A stretch of DNA of 64,000 nt from Candidatus Omnitrophota bacterium (GTDB lineage: Bacteria > Omnitrophota > Gorgyraeia > Zapsychrales > Zapsychraceae), in assembly GCA_003528115.1 (NCBI GenBank), contig DOGZ01000004.1, positions 572 through 64,571 on the forward strand, given 5' to 3'. The notes under the pieces are model-generated. The model was not told the origin of the DNA. It saw only the letters and a list, made by a program, of their open reading frames with translations, and made no database searches. The translations under genes and the position numbers were made by a program. Below are positions 8,597 through 19,748 of this stretch, one piece after another (the first letter of the stretch is position 1; each line of letters opens with the position of its first letter).

Positions 8597-10108
8597 TTAG
8601 GACATGCGTGTGGGTTGAAGACTTTCGGATTCCAATGGTATCACTTTGTTTTTTTTATCTTTTCCTGTGAGTTTATGGACAAAATAGTCAACAAACGCTT
8701 TCAACCCATGAAGCTTCCGCAGAAAATCACCCAGGGAACGGATAGAGAGGAGCATTTGCCATATCTGCCGCGGACGCAAATAAAATTCTTTCAGCCCTTT
8801 ATCGATAAAATAGTCAATCTCGTCACTGGATAACTGAGGGTAATCAAGAAGTGTTTTCTGTTCTTTTTCCGCCGTAAGCCATTCTGACCAGTCATGGGCT
8901 TTTAAGAAATTATTTTCCTTGGCCCATTTATATAGAGAAGTCCCTGGATAGGTGGCGACACCTGTGATTTGGATGGTATCCAAGGGGAGGGACTTGGCGA
9001 ATTCAATGGTTTGCTGAGCTGTTTCTCTGGTCTCCCCCGGGGCGCCGATCATAAAGCAGCCATGGATGGTAAACCCCAACTCGTGGGCGCGCACAGCATA
9101 GGTACGAGCCATCTCCACACTGACTCCTCCTTTATTGATTGCTTTCAGGCCATCGTCATACCCAAATTCAAAACCTGTCATAAGCATTCGGCATCCGGCC
9201 TTGCGCATCAAGGGAAGAAGAGATAGGTCTGTATTCACGCGCATATTACATGACCACGAAATTCTTTTATGAATATTTCGGGTGATGATTTCTTGGCAGA
9301 CCGCTGTCACATGCTGTGGATCGGCCGCGAAGGTGTCTGTTTCAAACATGATTTCGCGGATCTGTGGGTGGATTTTCAGGTCGTATTCCATTTCATCAAC
9401 AACCCTTTGGGCGCTCCGGTTTCGCAGGCGATAGCCATACATCAATTGCGGATCACGGCAAAAGGAACACCCGTTATTACACCCACGTCCTGTCAAGAGC
9501 GTCAGAAATGGGAATTTCTTTCCGGCATCAGGATACCACTCGGGCTTAATCAGTTGCCAGGCAGGGAAGGGAAGTTCATTGACGTCTAAAAGAGGTCTAT
9601 TAGGATTATGCGCGAAGTTTTGACCATCCCACCAGGACAGACCTAAAATTTTATTTAGAGGTTGACCGTTCGCTAGATCCAGAAGGGTGTAATCGTATTC
9701 ATGGCGTAAAATATAATCCACTACCCCGCGACCGATTTTAAGAGTGTTATCCGGTTCTGCCGAGACGTGTTGACCGGCAAAGGCGACTTTGCAGGGATAC
9801 ACTTCTTTAATGTGCCTGGCTTGTTCGATGTCATTGTAAATGGAGGGCGTGGTGGCGTGGATGAGTATGAGTTCGGGCTGAAAAGACCCGACGATTTTAA
9901 AAGTTTCTTCCGGTGTAAAGTTTCGGGCCGCGGCTTCAACAAAATTAACCTCATGCCCCTGATCAATCAATATCTGGGCCGCGATAAGCAGATACTCCGG
10001 GTGTCTTTGGACCCGTCCCCGGGATTTTGCCGCCCAGCGTGCGACACGGACAAAATTATCGCCAAAAGAAGGATTCAGTATGCAGACCTTCATATTACTA
10101 ATTCCCAT
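8597..10108 (-). CDS. B12-binding-domain radical SAM protein (class B radical SAM, likely a methyltransferase-type enzyme). The substrate is unknown.
   Basis: N-terminal cobalamin-binding-like Rossmann region followed by a CxxxCxxC motif (GRGCNNGCSFC). 503 aa. Confidence 0.8.
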   Translation of the reverse strand: MGISNMKVCILNPSFGDNFVRVARWAAKSRGRVQRHPEYLLIAAQILIDQGHEVNFVEAAARNFTPEETFKIVGSFQPELILIHATTPSIYNDIEQARHIKEVYPCKVAFAGQHVSAEPDNTLKIGRGVVDYILRHEYDYTLLDLANGQPLNKILGLSWWDGQNFAHNPNRPLLDVNELPFPAWQLIKPEWYPDAGKKFPFLTLLTGRGCNNGCSFCRDPQLMYGYRLRNRSAQRVVDEMEYDLKIHPQIREIMFETDTFAADPQHVTAVCQEIITRNIHKRISWSCNMRVNTDLSLLPLMRKAGCRMLMTGFEFGYDDGLKAINKGGVSVEMARTYAVRAHELGFTIHGCFMIGAPGETRETAQQTIEFAKSLPLDTIQITGVATYPGTSLYKWAKENNFLKAHDWSEWLTAEKEQKTLLDYPQLSSDEIDYFIDKGLKEFYLRPRQIWQMLLSIRSLGDFLRKLHGLKAFVDYFVHKLTGKDKKNKVIPLESESLQPTRMS

Positions 10109-10281
10109 CGTAGGTATTTCATCGGGTGATTATTTTTTAGGTTCATCTTAAACATACCTGAAATGCATTTCAAGTGTAATTTAAGAAACAAAATTAAGAA
10201 ACAAATTTTATATAACCATTAGCTTGACGATATATCCAAATTTCAAGATAATAACATTCAAGGAATTTTATCAGGAGCCTT

Positions 10282-10476
10282 ATGAAACCAAAAATGATTG
10301 TGGTCGTACTTGTTATTGTTATGGCGCTCATTATTCTGTCGCAGAACACACAGGTCGTGACGGTCCATGTTTTATTTTGGGACCTGAGCATGTCACGCAT
10401 CATCTTGATTCCTTTTTTATTGTTGGTCGGGTTTATTATTGGTTTTTTTATCGGCAAGAATTCATGGGACTGGTAA
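10282..10476 (+). CDS. Small two-TM membrane protein, LapA/DUF1049-like.
   Basis: 64 aa with two hydrophobic helices separated by a short polar segment. A weak family call. Confidence 0.3.
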   Translation: MKPKMIVVVLVIVMALIILSQNTQVVTVHVLFWDLSMSRIILIPFLLLVGFIIGFFIGKNSWDW

Positions 10477-10533
10477 TGAGCCGGCCTTGATTCATGCGAA
10501 ATTCCCTAGTACTGGAAAAATTGTAAAGACGAA

Positions 10534-11853
10534 ATGAATTCTCAATCCGTAAATGCCGAATCTGCCAAAAGCCTTGAACGATCGTACGTCAATGGCATAT
10601 TTTCAAGCGCGACGAATGGTTTGACACAGGAATATTTTACTCCATTCGTGCTTCTATTGGGGGCGACAACTCAACAGGTAGGATTTCTCAATGCTTTACC
10701 AAACCTTTTTTCTTCCCTGGTTCAGTTTAAAAGCGCAGATTTGGCGGATAAATTATCTTCACGGAAAAAGACCATCGGTATTTTTATATCTTTGCAAACG
10801 TTTGTGTTATTAACGATGTTCCTCATGGCCTTATTTAATGTGGCCAATCCATGGACGGTTATCCTTTGTGTCATTTTCTTCTCGACCTGCGGGTCCCTGG
10901 CGAATCCCGCGTGGGGAAGCCTGTTGTCCGATTTGGTCCATCAGAATAAACGCGGAGAATATTTCGGATGGAGAAGCAGAAATTTGGGGCTTGTCATCGT
11001 CGCGTTTACTTTCCTGGCTGGAATGATCCTTCATGGCATGGAAAAAATCAACACGCTCTATGGATTTGTGATTATTTTTGCCTTGGCTTTCTTATGCCGT
11101 TTGCTTTCTTTAAATTATTTAAGAGGAATGTATGAACCGCCTTTAGAATATAATCAAGAAAATCATTTTACCTTTTTTGATTTTATTCGCCGGCTTAAAG
11201 AAAGTAATTTCGCCAAATTCGTTATATTTGTGTCTCTCATGAATTTTTCCGTTCATCTGGCCGCCCCTTATTTTGCCGTTTTCATGTTGAAAGACTTGTC
11301 GTTCAGTTATCTTTTGTATTCTGTCATTAATATTATGGCCGCACTGACGGTTTATTTATCGATTCGACGTTGGGGGAAGCACGCGGACAGAGTGGGCAAC
11401 CTTAAAATTATAAAAGTGACGGCTCCCCTCATTGGGATCATTCCGTTATTTTGGATCATTAACCGCAATCCGTTATTCTTATTGATTGTTCAAGCATTTG
11501 CGGGTTTTGTCTGGGCCGGCTTTAACCTTTGCTGCACGAATTTTATTTACGACGCGGCGCGGCCGGAAAAACGCGCGCGGTGCATCGCCTATTTCAATTT
11601 GCTCAACGGCCTGGCCATTTGTTTAGGCGCCCTGCTCGGCGGTTTTCTTGTTAAATATCTTCCAGTTTTTTTAGGTTATAAGATATTAACGTTGTTTTTT
11701 TTATCTTCAGTTTTACGCGTTTCTGCAGCGCTTTTCTTTTCTAAGATGTTGAAGGAGGTACGCCCCATTGAAGCGATAAGCGGTCATAAACTTTTTTTTA
11801 GTATGGTAGGCATGAACCCCATAGGGGGTACTTTAAAGAAAAATGTCAGATAA
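10534..11853 (+). CDS. MFS-type transporter.
   Basis: About 12 predicted TM segments at typical MFS length (439 aa). Gly-rich loop motifs. The substrate is unknown. Confidence 0.6.
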   Translation: MNSQSVNAESAKSLERSYVNGIFSSATNGLTQEYFTPFVLLLGATTQQVGFLNALPNLFSSLVQFKSADLADKLSSRKKTIGIFISLQTFVLLTMFLMALFNVANPWTVILCVIFFSTCGSLANPAWGSLLSDLVHQNKRGEYFGWRSRNLGLVIVAFTFLAGMILHGMEKINTLYGFVIIFALAFLCRLLSLNYLRGMYEPPLEYNQENHFTFFDFIRRLKESNFAKFVIFVSLMNFSVHLAAPYFAVFMLKDLSFSYLLYSVINIMAALTVYLSIRRWGKHADRVGNLKIIKVTAPLIGIIPLFWIINRNPLFLLIVQAFAGFVWAGFNLCCTNFIYDAARPEKRARCIAYFNLLNGLAICLGALLGGFLVKYLPVFLGYKILTLFFLSSVLRVSAALFFSKMLKEVRPIEAISGHKLFFSMVGMNPIGGTLKKNVR

Positions 11854-13225
11854 AACTTTATTAGAAAAATTCACTTCGCGGTTTTCCAAAGCTTTTTTGC
11901 AGTCTCCGTCAAGGATATTGATTATCGGTTTTCTTATCTTGATTTTAAGCGGGACATTTTTATTGATGCTGCCTATGGCCACCGTAGAAGGCAGGGTGGG
12001 TTTTATTGACGCCTTGTTTACGGCGACTTCGGCCAGTTGCGTGACCGGATTGACGGTTTTAGATACGGGGACCACGTACAGCTTTTTCGGCCAGATGGTC
12101 ATCTTGTTTTTGATCCAGATCGGCGGAATAGGGATCATGACGTTTTCCACGTTGATGCTTTTGATCGCAGGAAAAAGGCCGAGCATGATCGGACACATTG
12201 TGCTGCATGACACTTTTACACACACCGGCGAGCGCAGCCCTATATCGATTTTAAAGGACGTTATTCTGTTTACGTTTCTGGTAGAGGCTGTTGGGTCTTT
12301 TTTGCTTTTCCTTCGGTTTTTTCCTGAAAAAGGTTTTTTAAATGGACTTTATCTTTCTGTCTTTCATTCGGTCAGTGCTTTCTGTAACGCGGGATTTGGT
12401 CTTTTCCCAGACAACTTTGTCAGTTACCAGCAAGACTGGCTTCTAAATTTAGTCCTTTGTGGGCTTATTATCAGCGGCGGGATTGGATTCCTTATTATGT
12501 CTGAACTGATGTCCTCTTTCCCGTTGAATAAGAGGAAATTGTCCCGTTTAAGTTTGCACACGAAATTTGTTCTGTCAGCGACAATCTTCTTGCTGGTTTT
12601 TAGTACGTTGGTTATCGCGTTTATGGAGTGGGGAAACGCCCTAGGGTCTCTCCCTGTGCCGGACCGATTCCTGGCTTCTTTTTTTCAGGCCGTGAGCGCG
12701 AGAACCGCCGGGTTTAATACGCTGATCATTGGTAATCTTACAGCCGAAACCCTTTTTTTTATTATCGTGCTCATGTTCATTGGGGCCAGCCCGGGTTCAT
12801 GTGCCGGGGGAGTTAAAATCACGACGGCCAGTCTTTTGGTGTTGGTAGGACTTTCCCAACTTAACGGAAGGGAAAATCCCCAGATATTTCACAGGACTTT
12901 TTCAAAGGCCAGTATTGATAAAGCGATCGGAGTCGTCATGGTCAGTCTGCTGGTCATCTGCGCCGTTACCATGCTGTTATTGATGTGTGAACGCTTTACG
13001 GTAAACCACGGAAAATTTCTGGATCTGCTGTTTGAAGCGGTCAGCGGGTTCGGAACGGTGGGATTATCAACCGGTGTTACGCCGGGGCTATCCGTAGCCG
13101 GGAAGATTTTTATATCATTCATCATGTTTATAGGCAGAGTCGGGCCTTTAACCGTTGTGATGGCCGTCAGTCGGTCATCCAAGAAATATTATAATTACGC
13201 GGAAGAAAACATCATGATCGGGTGA
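11843..13225 (+). CDS. ktrB: TrkH/KtrB-family K+ transporter membrane subunit.
   Basis: Repeated pore-loop-like GxG segments (GFGTVGLSTG, TGLTVLDTG). Immediately followed by a TrkA-domain gene. Confidence 0.8.
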   Translation: MSDKTLLEKFTSRFSKAFLQSPSRILIIGFLILILSGTFLLMLPMATVEGRVGFIDALFTATSASCVTGLTVLDTGTTYSFFGQMVILFLIQIGGIGIMTFSTLMLLIAGKRPSMIGHIVLHDTFTHTGERSPISILKDVILFTFLVEAVGSFLLFLRFFPEKGFLNGLYLSVFHSVSAFCNAGFGLFPDNFVSYQQDWLLNLVLCGLIISGGIGFLIMSELMSSFPLNKRKLSRLSLHTKFVLSATIFLLVFSTLVIAFMEWGNALGSLPVPDRFLASFFQAVSARTAGFNTLIIGNLTAETLFFIIVLMFIGASPGSCAGGVKITTASLLVLVGLSQLNGRENPQIFHRTFSKASIDKAIGVVMVSLLVICAVTMLLLMCERFTVNHGKFLDLLFEAVSGFGTVGLSTGVTPGLSVAGKIFISFIMFIGRVGPLTVVMAVSRSSKKYYNYAEENIMIG

Positions 13226-13233
13226 GGTGAACT

Positions 13234-13890
13234 ATGAAACAAATTATTATTATCGGTATCGGCAATTTCGGTTATTATCTGGCAACGGAACTGTATCAAA
13301 AAGGCCATGAGGTCATGGTCATTGACAAGAATTCCAATCGTATCCAGGACATCAAGGATAAGGTAAGCCAGGCCATCGTGGCTGATGCCACGGATCCGAA
13401 AACCCTGGAGGCCATACATATTGATCAGGCGGATTTCGTTGTGATCTGTATCGGATCGAGTGTCAATGATTCCATTCTGACAACGTTGAACGTCAAAGAC
13501 CGGGGGGTCAAATATATCATCGCTAAAGCCCTGAGCGAACCTCACGGCCGGATCCTGGAAAAAGTGGGCGCCTCCGAAGTCATATTCCCCGAGAAGGATT
13601 TAGCCATATCTTTGGCCAGGCGGTTACACAATCCCAATATGATTGACTATTTACCTTTTATTGAAGGGTATACCATCCTTGAACTCGCTCCACCGCAGCG
13701 TTACTTGGGGAAAAGCCTTGAAGAAATAAACCTTACCAACACCTATGGCGTTCAGGTCATTGCCGTCAAGGATATTATTAATGATCGCTTGAATATTATT
13801 CCAACAGGGAAATACATCTTGAAAGACAGTGATTTGCTCATCCTGTTGGGGCAGCATGAAAATCTGGATAAACTCCGGGAAAAGGAATAA
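13234..13890 (+). CDS. ktrA: TrkA/KtrA NAD-binding regulatory subunit (TrkA-N plus TrkA-C domains).
   Basis: GxGxxG Rossmann start IIIIGIGNFGYYLA. Operonic with ktrB through a 9 bp gap. Confidence 0.8.
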   Translation: MKQIIIIGIGNFGYYLATELYQKGHEVMVIDKNSNRIQDIKDKVSQAIVADATDPKTLEAIHIDQADFVVICIGSSVNDSILTTLNVKDRGVKYIIAKALSEPHGRILEKVGASEVIFPEKDLAISLARRLHNPNMIDYLPFIEGYTILELAPPQRYLGKSLEEINLTNTYGVQVIAVKDIINDRLNIIPTGKYILKDSDLLILLGQHENLDKLREKE

Positions 13891-13893
13891 TTC

Positions 13894-13919
13894 GAGCGCC
13901 CGGGGAAGCGCGTTTTATT
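13894..13919 (+). terminator. Weak candidate terminator after ktrA: a short GC stem followed by TTTTATT.
   Basis: gagcgcccggggaagcgcgttttatt. The stem is only about 4-5 bp. Confidence 0.3.
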
Positions 13920-14106
13920 ACGTCTGTGAAATTCTTTAAGAAAAAGTTATTTAATCACGTTTTCCGCTCCCTATGCCCTGCAAGAAATGACGTACTAACG
14001 TCCGCAACGCCCCAAAAAGAACATTTGTCAAATGGGGGCCTTCTGGGTAAAATACTTCCCGCATCCCCTTAACCAACGCGTCGATTCGCAACGATGGAAG
14101 GGGAGC

Positions 14107-14829
14107 ACCATGATTCCAGGAAATCAGAAAAATTCAATTATCCATTGGCCGGTAGAAGACCGGCCCCGAGAGAAACTATTAAAAGACGGTGAACATAAGT
14201 TGAGTAACTCTGAGTTACTCGCTATTCTTTTAAGGACCGGAGTTAAAGGCCAGAGCGCTCTTGATCTCGCCCGCAAAATCATGCACAAATTCCGCACTTT
14301 CCGGCAAATGAGTCATGTTCATCCCAGTGAGTGGAAAGAATTTAAGGGATTGGGTGACGCTAAGATCGCTCAAATTAAGGCCGCCCTTGAGATCGGAAGG
14401 AGGTTCAGGGAAGACGAGATCAAAGAAATCCCGGTTAAGATCAAATCTTCGAAAGATATTGTCGCGATCCTCATGCCGCGCATGCGCGATTTAAAAAAAG
14501 AGGTTTTTAAAATCGTGCTTCTGGATTCTCAGAATCAGATCATCCATATCCACGATAGCGCAGAAGGCACAGTGAATCATGCGACTCCGATTATCCGTGA
14601 AATTTATGTATATGCCTTGCAAAAGTTCGCCGCGTCTCTCATTTGCGTGCACAATCATCCCTCCGGAGATATCAATCCGAGCGCCCAGGACAAACGGTTC
14701 ACACAAGCCCTGTATCATACCGGGAAAATTATGCAAATTCCTTTAATGGATCATATCATTATCGGAGACAATAATTATTACAGCTTTGCCGATGCGCATG
14801 AGCTTAATCATCATCAAGTGCTCGATTGA
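14107..14829 (+). CDS. radC: RadC-family (JAB/MPN domain, UPF0758) protein. The likely start is the internal ATG at 14107 rather than the ORF-track start at 14032.
   Basis: PRE+LL, ELLAILLRTG and HNHPSG motifs typical of RadC. Confidence 0.75.
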   Translation, partial: TMIPGNQKNSIIHWPVEDRPREKLLKDGEHKLSNSELLAILLRTGVKGQSALDLARKIMHKFRTFRQMSHVHPSEWKEFKGLGDAKIAQIKAALEIGRRFREDEIKEIPVKIKSSKDIVAILMPRMRDLKKEVFKIVLLDSQNQIIHIHDSAEGTVNHATPIIREIYVYALQKFAASLICVHNHPSGDINPSAQDKRFTQALYHTGKIMQIPLMDHIIIGDNNYYSFADAHELNHHQVLD

Positions 14830-14961
14830 GGGAAGTGGGATCATACTTATAATATTATTTGCATAATAAAAAAAAATATCTAAAATTAAAAACACCATAA
14901 AATCCTGGTTCTTTTCATACTGACCAAGGCCGCGCGGCCGAGGCCCTAACGGAGAAATGAT

Positions 14962-17679
14962 ATGGCGTCTCAATTCAAACCGAAGGATGTTGCTAAAACA
15001 CTCAAGACAAAGACAAAACCGTTTACGATTTTTCATTTACCCAAATTGACTAAGCTTGGACTTGGCTGCGCGGACCATCTGCCTTTTTCCATTAAAGTCC
15101 TTTTAGAGAGCGCCCTGCGTAACTGTGACAATTATCAAATCACCGTCGAAGATATAAAGAAATTGGCCGGCTGGACGCCCCAGGCGCGAACCGCCCAAGA
15201 AATCGCCTTCAAACCCGGGCGCGTCATTTTGCAGGATTTTACGGGGGTCCCGTGCGTTGTGGATCTGGCGGCGATGCGTTCCGGTCTTAAACATCTCGGA
15301 GGGGATTACCGGAAAATCAATCCGCAGGTGCCCTGTGATTTGGTCATTGATCATTCGGTACAGGTGGATTCTTTCGGTTCTAAATCCTCGCTGAATAAGA
15401 ATGTGTTTTTAGAATTTAGACGGAATAAAGAGCGGTATGAATTTCTAAAATGGGGACAGAATGCCTTCAAGAATTTTAAGGTTGTTCCTCCCTCAACAGG
15501 CATTGTTCATCAGGTGAATCTGGAATATTTGGCCAAAGGCGTGCTTCAGAAGAAAGCCGGTAAAGAAACATTGGCCTTCCCTGACAGTTTAGTAGGTACG
15601 GATAGTCATACAACCATGATCAATGGTTTGGGTATTGTCGGTTGGGGAGTCGGCGGGATCGAGGCGGAATCCGTGATGCTTGGAGAACCGCTCTATATGC
15701 TGATGCCGGAAGTGATCGGTTTTCAACTCACCGGCCGGCTCAAAGAGGGCGTAACCGCTACGGACCTCGTTTTAACAGTAACCCAGATCCTTCGTCAAAA
15801 AGGCGTTGTCGATAAGTTTGTGGAATTTTACGGCGAGGGATTAAAACATCTCACTCTCCCTGATCGGGCGACCATCTCCAATATGGCTCCTGAATACGGC
15901 GCGACCATCGGATTATTCCCGATTGATGAAGAGACCCTAAACTATTACCGTCTGACGGGCCGTAGCGACGCTGAAGTCGATTTGGTCGAACGCTACATGA
16001 AAGAACAAGGGATGTTTTATACATCTCAAAGCAAAATTCCGATCTTTACAGATCATATTGAGCTCGATTTATCCAGTGTCGAACCGAGCCTGGCCGGCCC
16101 TAAACGTCCTCAGGACAGGGTTTCTTTATCAGAAATGAAAGAGGTCTTTGAAAAGTCATTAGTCAAGCCGGTTAAAGAAAGGGGTTATGGATTATCCACG
16201 GACGCTTTATGCAAGTCGATCCCCATCAATGGTACCTCCGACGAATTGAGACACGGGTCGGTTGTGATCGCGGCGATTACCAGTTGTACCAACACCTCCA
16301 ACCCGTCGGTTTTGATCGCCGCAGGACTCTTGGCCAAAAAGACCGTGGAAAAGGGACTGAAGGTCAAAAGTTTCGTCAAGACGAGTCTCGCTCCGGGATC
16401 ACAAGTGGTTGAAGAATATTTGCGAGAATCCGGTCTCATGCCGTATCTTGAAAAGCTTGGTTTCCATATCGTCGGCTACGGGTGCACCACCTGCATCGGT
16501 AACAGCGGCCCGTTACCGGAAAATGTGGCCAAGGCCATCCAGCAAGGAGATTTGGTGGCGGCGAGTGTTTTGAGCGGGAACAGGAATTTTGAAGGACGGA
16601 TTAATCCCCTGACAAAGGCTAATTATCTCGCTTCACCGCCTATGGTTGTCGCGTATGCTTTGGCAGGATCTGTGGACATGAATTTGCATTGTGATCCAAT
16701 TGGTTTTGATAAAACAGGCCAGGCCGTTTATCTACGAGACATCTGGCCGACCCAAGAGGAAGTGAATCAATTGATTAAGAAATTTGTCACAGCCAAGACA
16801 TTTCGCAAACGTTATAAAAATGTTAATAAAGGAAATAAAAATTGGGATGCCATTAAAGAGACCAAATCCGATCTTTATTCCTGGAAAAACAAGAGCACGT
16901 ATATTCAGGAGCCGCCATTTTTTATCAGTATGAAAAAGGATCCGGATCCTATTAAAGGAATACAGCAGGCCAGGGTCCTCGTTATGGTCGGTGATTCGAT
17001 TACGACAGATCATATCTCTCCGGCTGGGAATATCGCCCAAGACAGCCCCGCGGGAAGATATTTGATTGAACAGGGTGTGCCGCCTTCGGATTTTAACAGC
17101 TACGGCGCCCGTCGTGGAAATGATCGTGTGATGACACGCGGCACATTTGCCAATATCCGTTTGCGTAATCTTCTGGCTCCCGGGACCGAGGGATCATGGA
17201 CGATGCATTTTCCAACGCAGGAAAAGATGAGTATCTATGATGCCGCCATGCTTTACAAGAAGGACGCCACACCTCTTGTTGTTTTGGCCGGTAAAGAGTA
17301 TGGGACAGGATCCAGCCGTGACTGGGCGGCCAAGGGAACGGCCCTGCTGGGAGTGAGGGTAGTGATCGCGCAAAGCTATGAAAGGATTCACCGCAGCAAT
17401 CTCGCCGGAATGGGTATCCTCCCCCTGCAATTTATGAACGGCGAAACGGTTGAATCTCTGGGATTAAAAGGCGACGAGATTTTTAATTTTGAAGGGATTG
17501 ATGATCAATTAAAGCCGCGCCAGCAAATCACGGTCTCGGCCACGATGAAAAACGGTGAGCGTAAAGAATTCAAAACGAATTGCCGGTTGGATACGCCCGT
17601 GGATATTGATTACTTTAGGAACGGCGGGATATTACATACGGTGTTGCGAAAGTTGGCCAAAGAAAATAGAGGGGCATAG
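14962..17679 (+). CDS. acnA: Aconitate hydratase A (monomeric AcnA/IRP-type aconitase).
   Basis: 905 aa, collinear with AcnA. Cysteine ligands in the blocks [10 protein letters not shown] and [10 protein letters not shown], plus a SRDW-like C-terminal region. Confidence 0.9.
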   Translation: MASQFKPKDVAKTLKTKTKPFTIFHLPKLTKLGLGCADHLPFSIKVLLESALRNCDNYQITVEDIKKLAGWTPQARTAQEIAFKPGRVILQDFTGVPCVVDLAAMRSGLKHLGGDYRKINPQVPCDLVIDHSVQVDSFGSKSSLNKNVFLEFRRNKERYEFLKWGQNAFKNFKVVPPSTGIVHQVNLEYLAKGVLQKKAGKETLAFPDSLVGTDSHTTMINGLGIVGWGVGGIEAESVMLGEPLYMLMPEVIGFQLTGRLKEGVTATDLVLTVTQILRQKGVVDKFVEFYGEGLKHLTLPDRATISNMAPEYGATIGLFPIDEETLNYYRLTGRSDAEVDLVERYMKEQGMFYTSQSKIPIFTDHIELDLSSVEPSLAGPKRPQDRVSLSEMKEVFEKSLVKPVKERGYGLSTDALCKSIPINGTSDELRHGSVVIAAITSCTNTSNPSVLIAAGLLAKKTVEKGLKVKSFVKTSLAPGSQVVEEYLRESGLMPYLEKLGFHIVGYGCTTCIGNSGPLPENVAKAIQQGDLVAASVLSGNRNFEGRINPLTKANYLASPPMVVAYALAGSVDMNLHCDPIGFDKTGQAVYLRDIWPTQEEVNQLIKKFVTAKTFRKRYKNVNKGNKNWDAIKETKSDLYSWKNKSTYIQEPPFFISMKKDPDPIKGIQQARVLVMVGDSITTDHISPAGNIAQDSPAGRYLIEQGVPPSDFNSYGARRGNDRVMTRGTFANIRLRNLLAPGTEGSWTMHFPTQEKMSIYDAAMLYKKDATPLVVLAGKEYGTGSSRDWAAKGTALLGVRVVIAQSYERIHRSNLAGMGILPLQFMNGETVESLGLKGDEIFNFEGIDDQLKPRQQITVSATMKNGERKEFKTNCRLDTPVDIDYFRNGGILHTVLRKLAKENRGA

Positions 17680-17711
17680 GCAAAATCAGGGCTTTAACCA
17701 GCAGGTGGTTT

Positions 17712-19112
17712 ATGGGAAAAACAATGTATGAAAAAATTTGGAATGATCATCTGGTTCGGGAGAGTCAGGGGGATACTTCCGTTATCTATGTGGATTTACA
17801 TTTGGTGCATGAAGTCACCAGTCCTCAGGCCTTTGAAGGAATGCGTTTAACTAAAAGAAAAGTCCATCGGCCGGACAAGACCTTCGCGACCATGGATCAC
17901 AATGTCTCTACGCGTACCAAAGAGTGGTCGCTTGTTGAGGAAACCTCCCGCGTTCAAATGGAGACGTTGTCAAAAAATTGCAATGATTCTGGCATCACCG
18001 TCTATGATTTCACGCATCAAGATCAGGGGATCGTTCATGTCCTAGGGCCTGAGCTGGGTTTAACACAGCCCGGCATGGTGATCGTCTGCGGGGATTCGCA
18101 TACAGCCACGCATGGGGCCTTTGGCGCACTGGCATTTGGAATCGGCACCTCCGAGGTGGAACATGTTTTAGCGACACAGACGTTGCAACAGGACAAAGCC
18201 AAAACGATGTTGATCAATATCGAGGGCGTTCTGGCCAAAGGCGTGACGGCTAAAGATATTATTCTGTTTATTATCGGACAAATAGGCACCGCCGGGGCCA
18301 CGGGGTATGTTATTGAATACGCCGGCAGTACGATCCGTCAATTAAGCATGGAAGGACGCATGACCATCTGTAATATGAGTATCGAAGCGGGGGCGCGGGC
18401 CGGCATGATTGCCCCTGATGAAGTGACATACGCCTATTTAAAAGGACGCGACCGTGCCCCTGAAGCAGAGTTGTGGGACAAGGCCGTACAATATTGGAAG
18501 ACCCTGCCGAGTGACTCGGGCGCGTTATTTGACAAGACTCTCAAAATCAAGGCTGAAGAAATTCTACCCCAGGTCACGTGGGGAACGAGCCCTGGGCAGG
18601 TAGCAGCGATTGATGCCTGCGTCCCTTTTCCAGAAAGTTTTACAGATCCTGTGGCGCGTACAGCCGCGAAAAACGCTTTGCGGTATATGGATTTAAAACC
18701 CGGCCAGTCCATGACTTCTATCACCATCAACAAAGTCTTCTTGGGTTCGTGCACCAACGGCCGGATCGAGGATCTGCGGGCCGCGGCCAGGATCGTTCAG
18801 GGGAAAAGAATTAGCAAGAACGTCGAGGCCATTGTTGTGCCGGGATCAGGACGGGTGCTCCGCCAGGCTGAAAAAGAAGGGTTGGATAAAATTTTTAAAG
18901 ACGCCGGATTCGAATGGCGTTTCGCGGGATGCTCGATGTGTTTAGGCATGAATGATGATCAATTAAAACCCGGTGATCGCTGCGCGTCCTCGAGCAACCG
19001 CAATTTTGAAGGCCGTCAGGGCCCGGGAGGCCGGACCCATTTGATGAGTCCCGAAATGGTAGCCGTAGCGGCCCTGGAAGGGCGGATCAGCGACATCAGA
19101 AAGTATTTATAA
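17712..19112 (+). CDS. leuC: 3-isopropylmalate dehydratase large subunit.
   Basis: MYEKIWNDH start, VCGDSHT, and the Fe-S cysteines in GSCTNGR and CSMCLGMN. Confidence 0.85.
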   Translation: MGKTMYEKIWNDHLVRESQGDTSVIYVDLHLVHEVTSPQAFEGMRLTKRKVHRPDKTFATMDHNVSTRTKEWSLVEETSRVQMETLSKNCNDSGITVYDFTHQDQGIVHVLGPELGLTQPGMVIVCGDSHTATHGAFGALAFGIGTSEVEHVLATQTLQQDKAKTMLINIEGVLAKGVTAKDIILFIIGQIGTAGATGYVIEYAGSTIRQLSMEGRMTICNMSIEAGARAGMIAPDEVTYAYLKGRDRAPEAELWDKAVQYWKTLPSDSGALFDKTLKIKAEEILPQVTWGTSPGQVAAIDACVPFPESFTDPVARTAAKNALRYMDLKPGQSMTSITINKVFLGSCTNGRIEDLRAAARIVQGKRISKNVEAIVVPGSGRVLRQAEKEGLDKIFKDAGFEWRFAGCSMCLGMNDDQLKPGDRCASSSNRNFEGRQGPGGRTHLMSPEMVAVAALEGRISDIRKYL

Positions 19113-19114
19113 AA

Positions 19115-19729
19115 ATGGAACCTTTTGTCACCCATACAGGCATCGTCGTTCCCCTTGATCGGGTCAACGTGGATACGGACGCGATCATCCCCAAACAGTT
19201 TTTGCGCAAGATCGAAAGAACCGGGTTTGGCGTTCATCTGTTTCATGAATGGCGGTATCTGGATTACGCCGGGACCCAGGAAAATCCTGATTTTGTGCTG
19301 AACAAACCGGAATACCGTGAGGGAACGATCTTATTATCGCGGGATAATTTCGGCTGCGGCTCAAGCCGTGAACACGCGCCGTGGGCCCTGGCGGATTACG
19401 GGTTTCGCGTTATTATCGCGCCGAGTTTCGCGGATATTTTCTATAACAATTGTATAAAAAACGGTATTCTCCTGATCACGTTAAAATCCGAGGAAATCAA
19501 CGAATTATTTGAAATGGTGTGGGATTCCCCCGGGATTCTGTTAACCGCGGATTTAGAACGCCAGATCGTCAGCGGTCGTGTCGGGAATGAATATCATTTC
19601 AATATCAATCCCTTCGGCAAGTACTGTTTGGAAAACGGTCTTGATCAAATCGGATGGACACAACAGTTTTCGGAAAAAATCTCAACGTACGAGAAAAGAT
19701 TGAAACAGGAAAGACCTTGGTTGGGATAA
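19115..19729 (+). CDS. leuD: 3-isopropylmalate dehydratase small subunit.
   Basis: Typical LeuD length and motifs ([17 protein letters not shown]). A 2 bp gap after leuC. Confidence 0.85.
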   Translation: MEPFVTHTGIVVPLDRVNVDTDAIIPKQFLRKIERTGFGVHLFHEWRYLDYAGTQENPDFVLNKPEYREGTILLSRDNFGCGSSREHAPWALADYGFRVIIAPSFADIFYNNCIKNGILLITLKSEEINELFEMVWDSPGILLTADLERQIVSGRVGNEYHFNINPFGKYCLENGLDQIGWTQQFSEKISTYEKRLKQERPWLG

Positions 19730-19748
19730 GATCGGCAGGACGTTCTTC

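Noticed and set aside
10194-10457. A minus-strand 87 aa ORF overlapping the small LapA-like gene.
   Set aside because: It overlaps a better-supported + strand membrane ORF and lies in a divergent promoter region. It shows no features.
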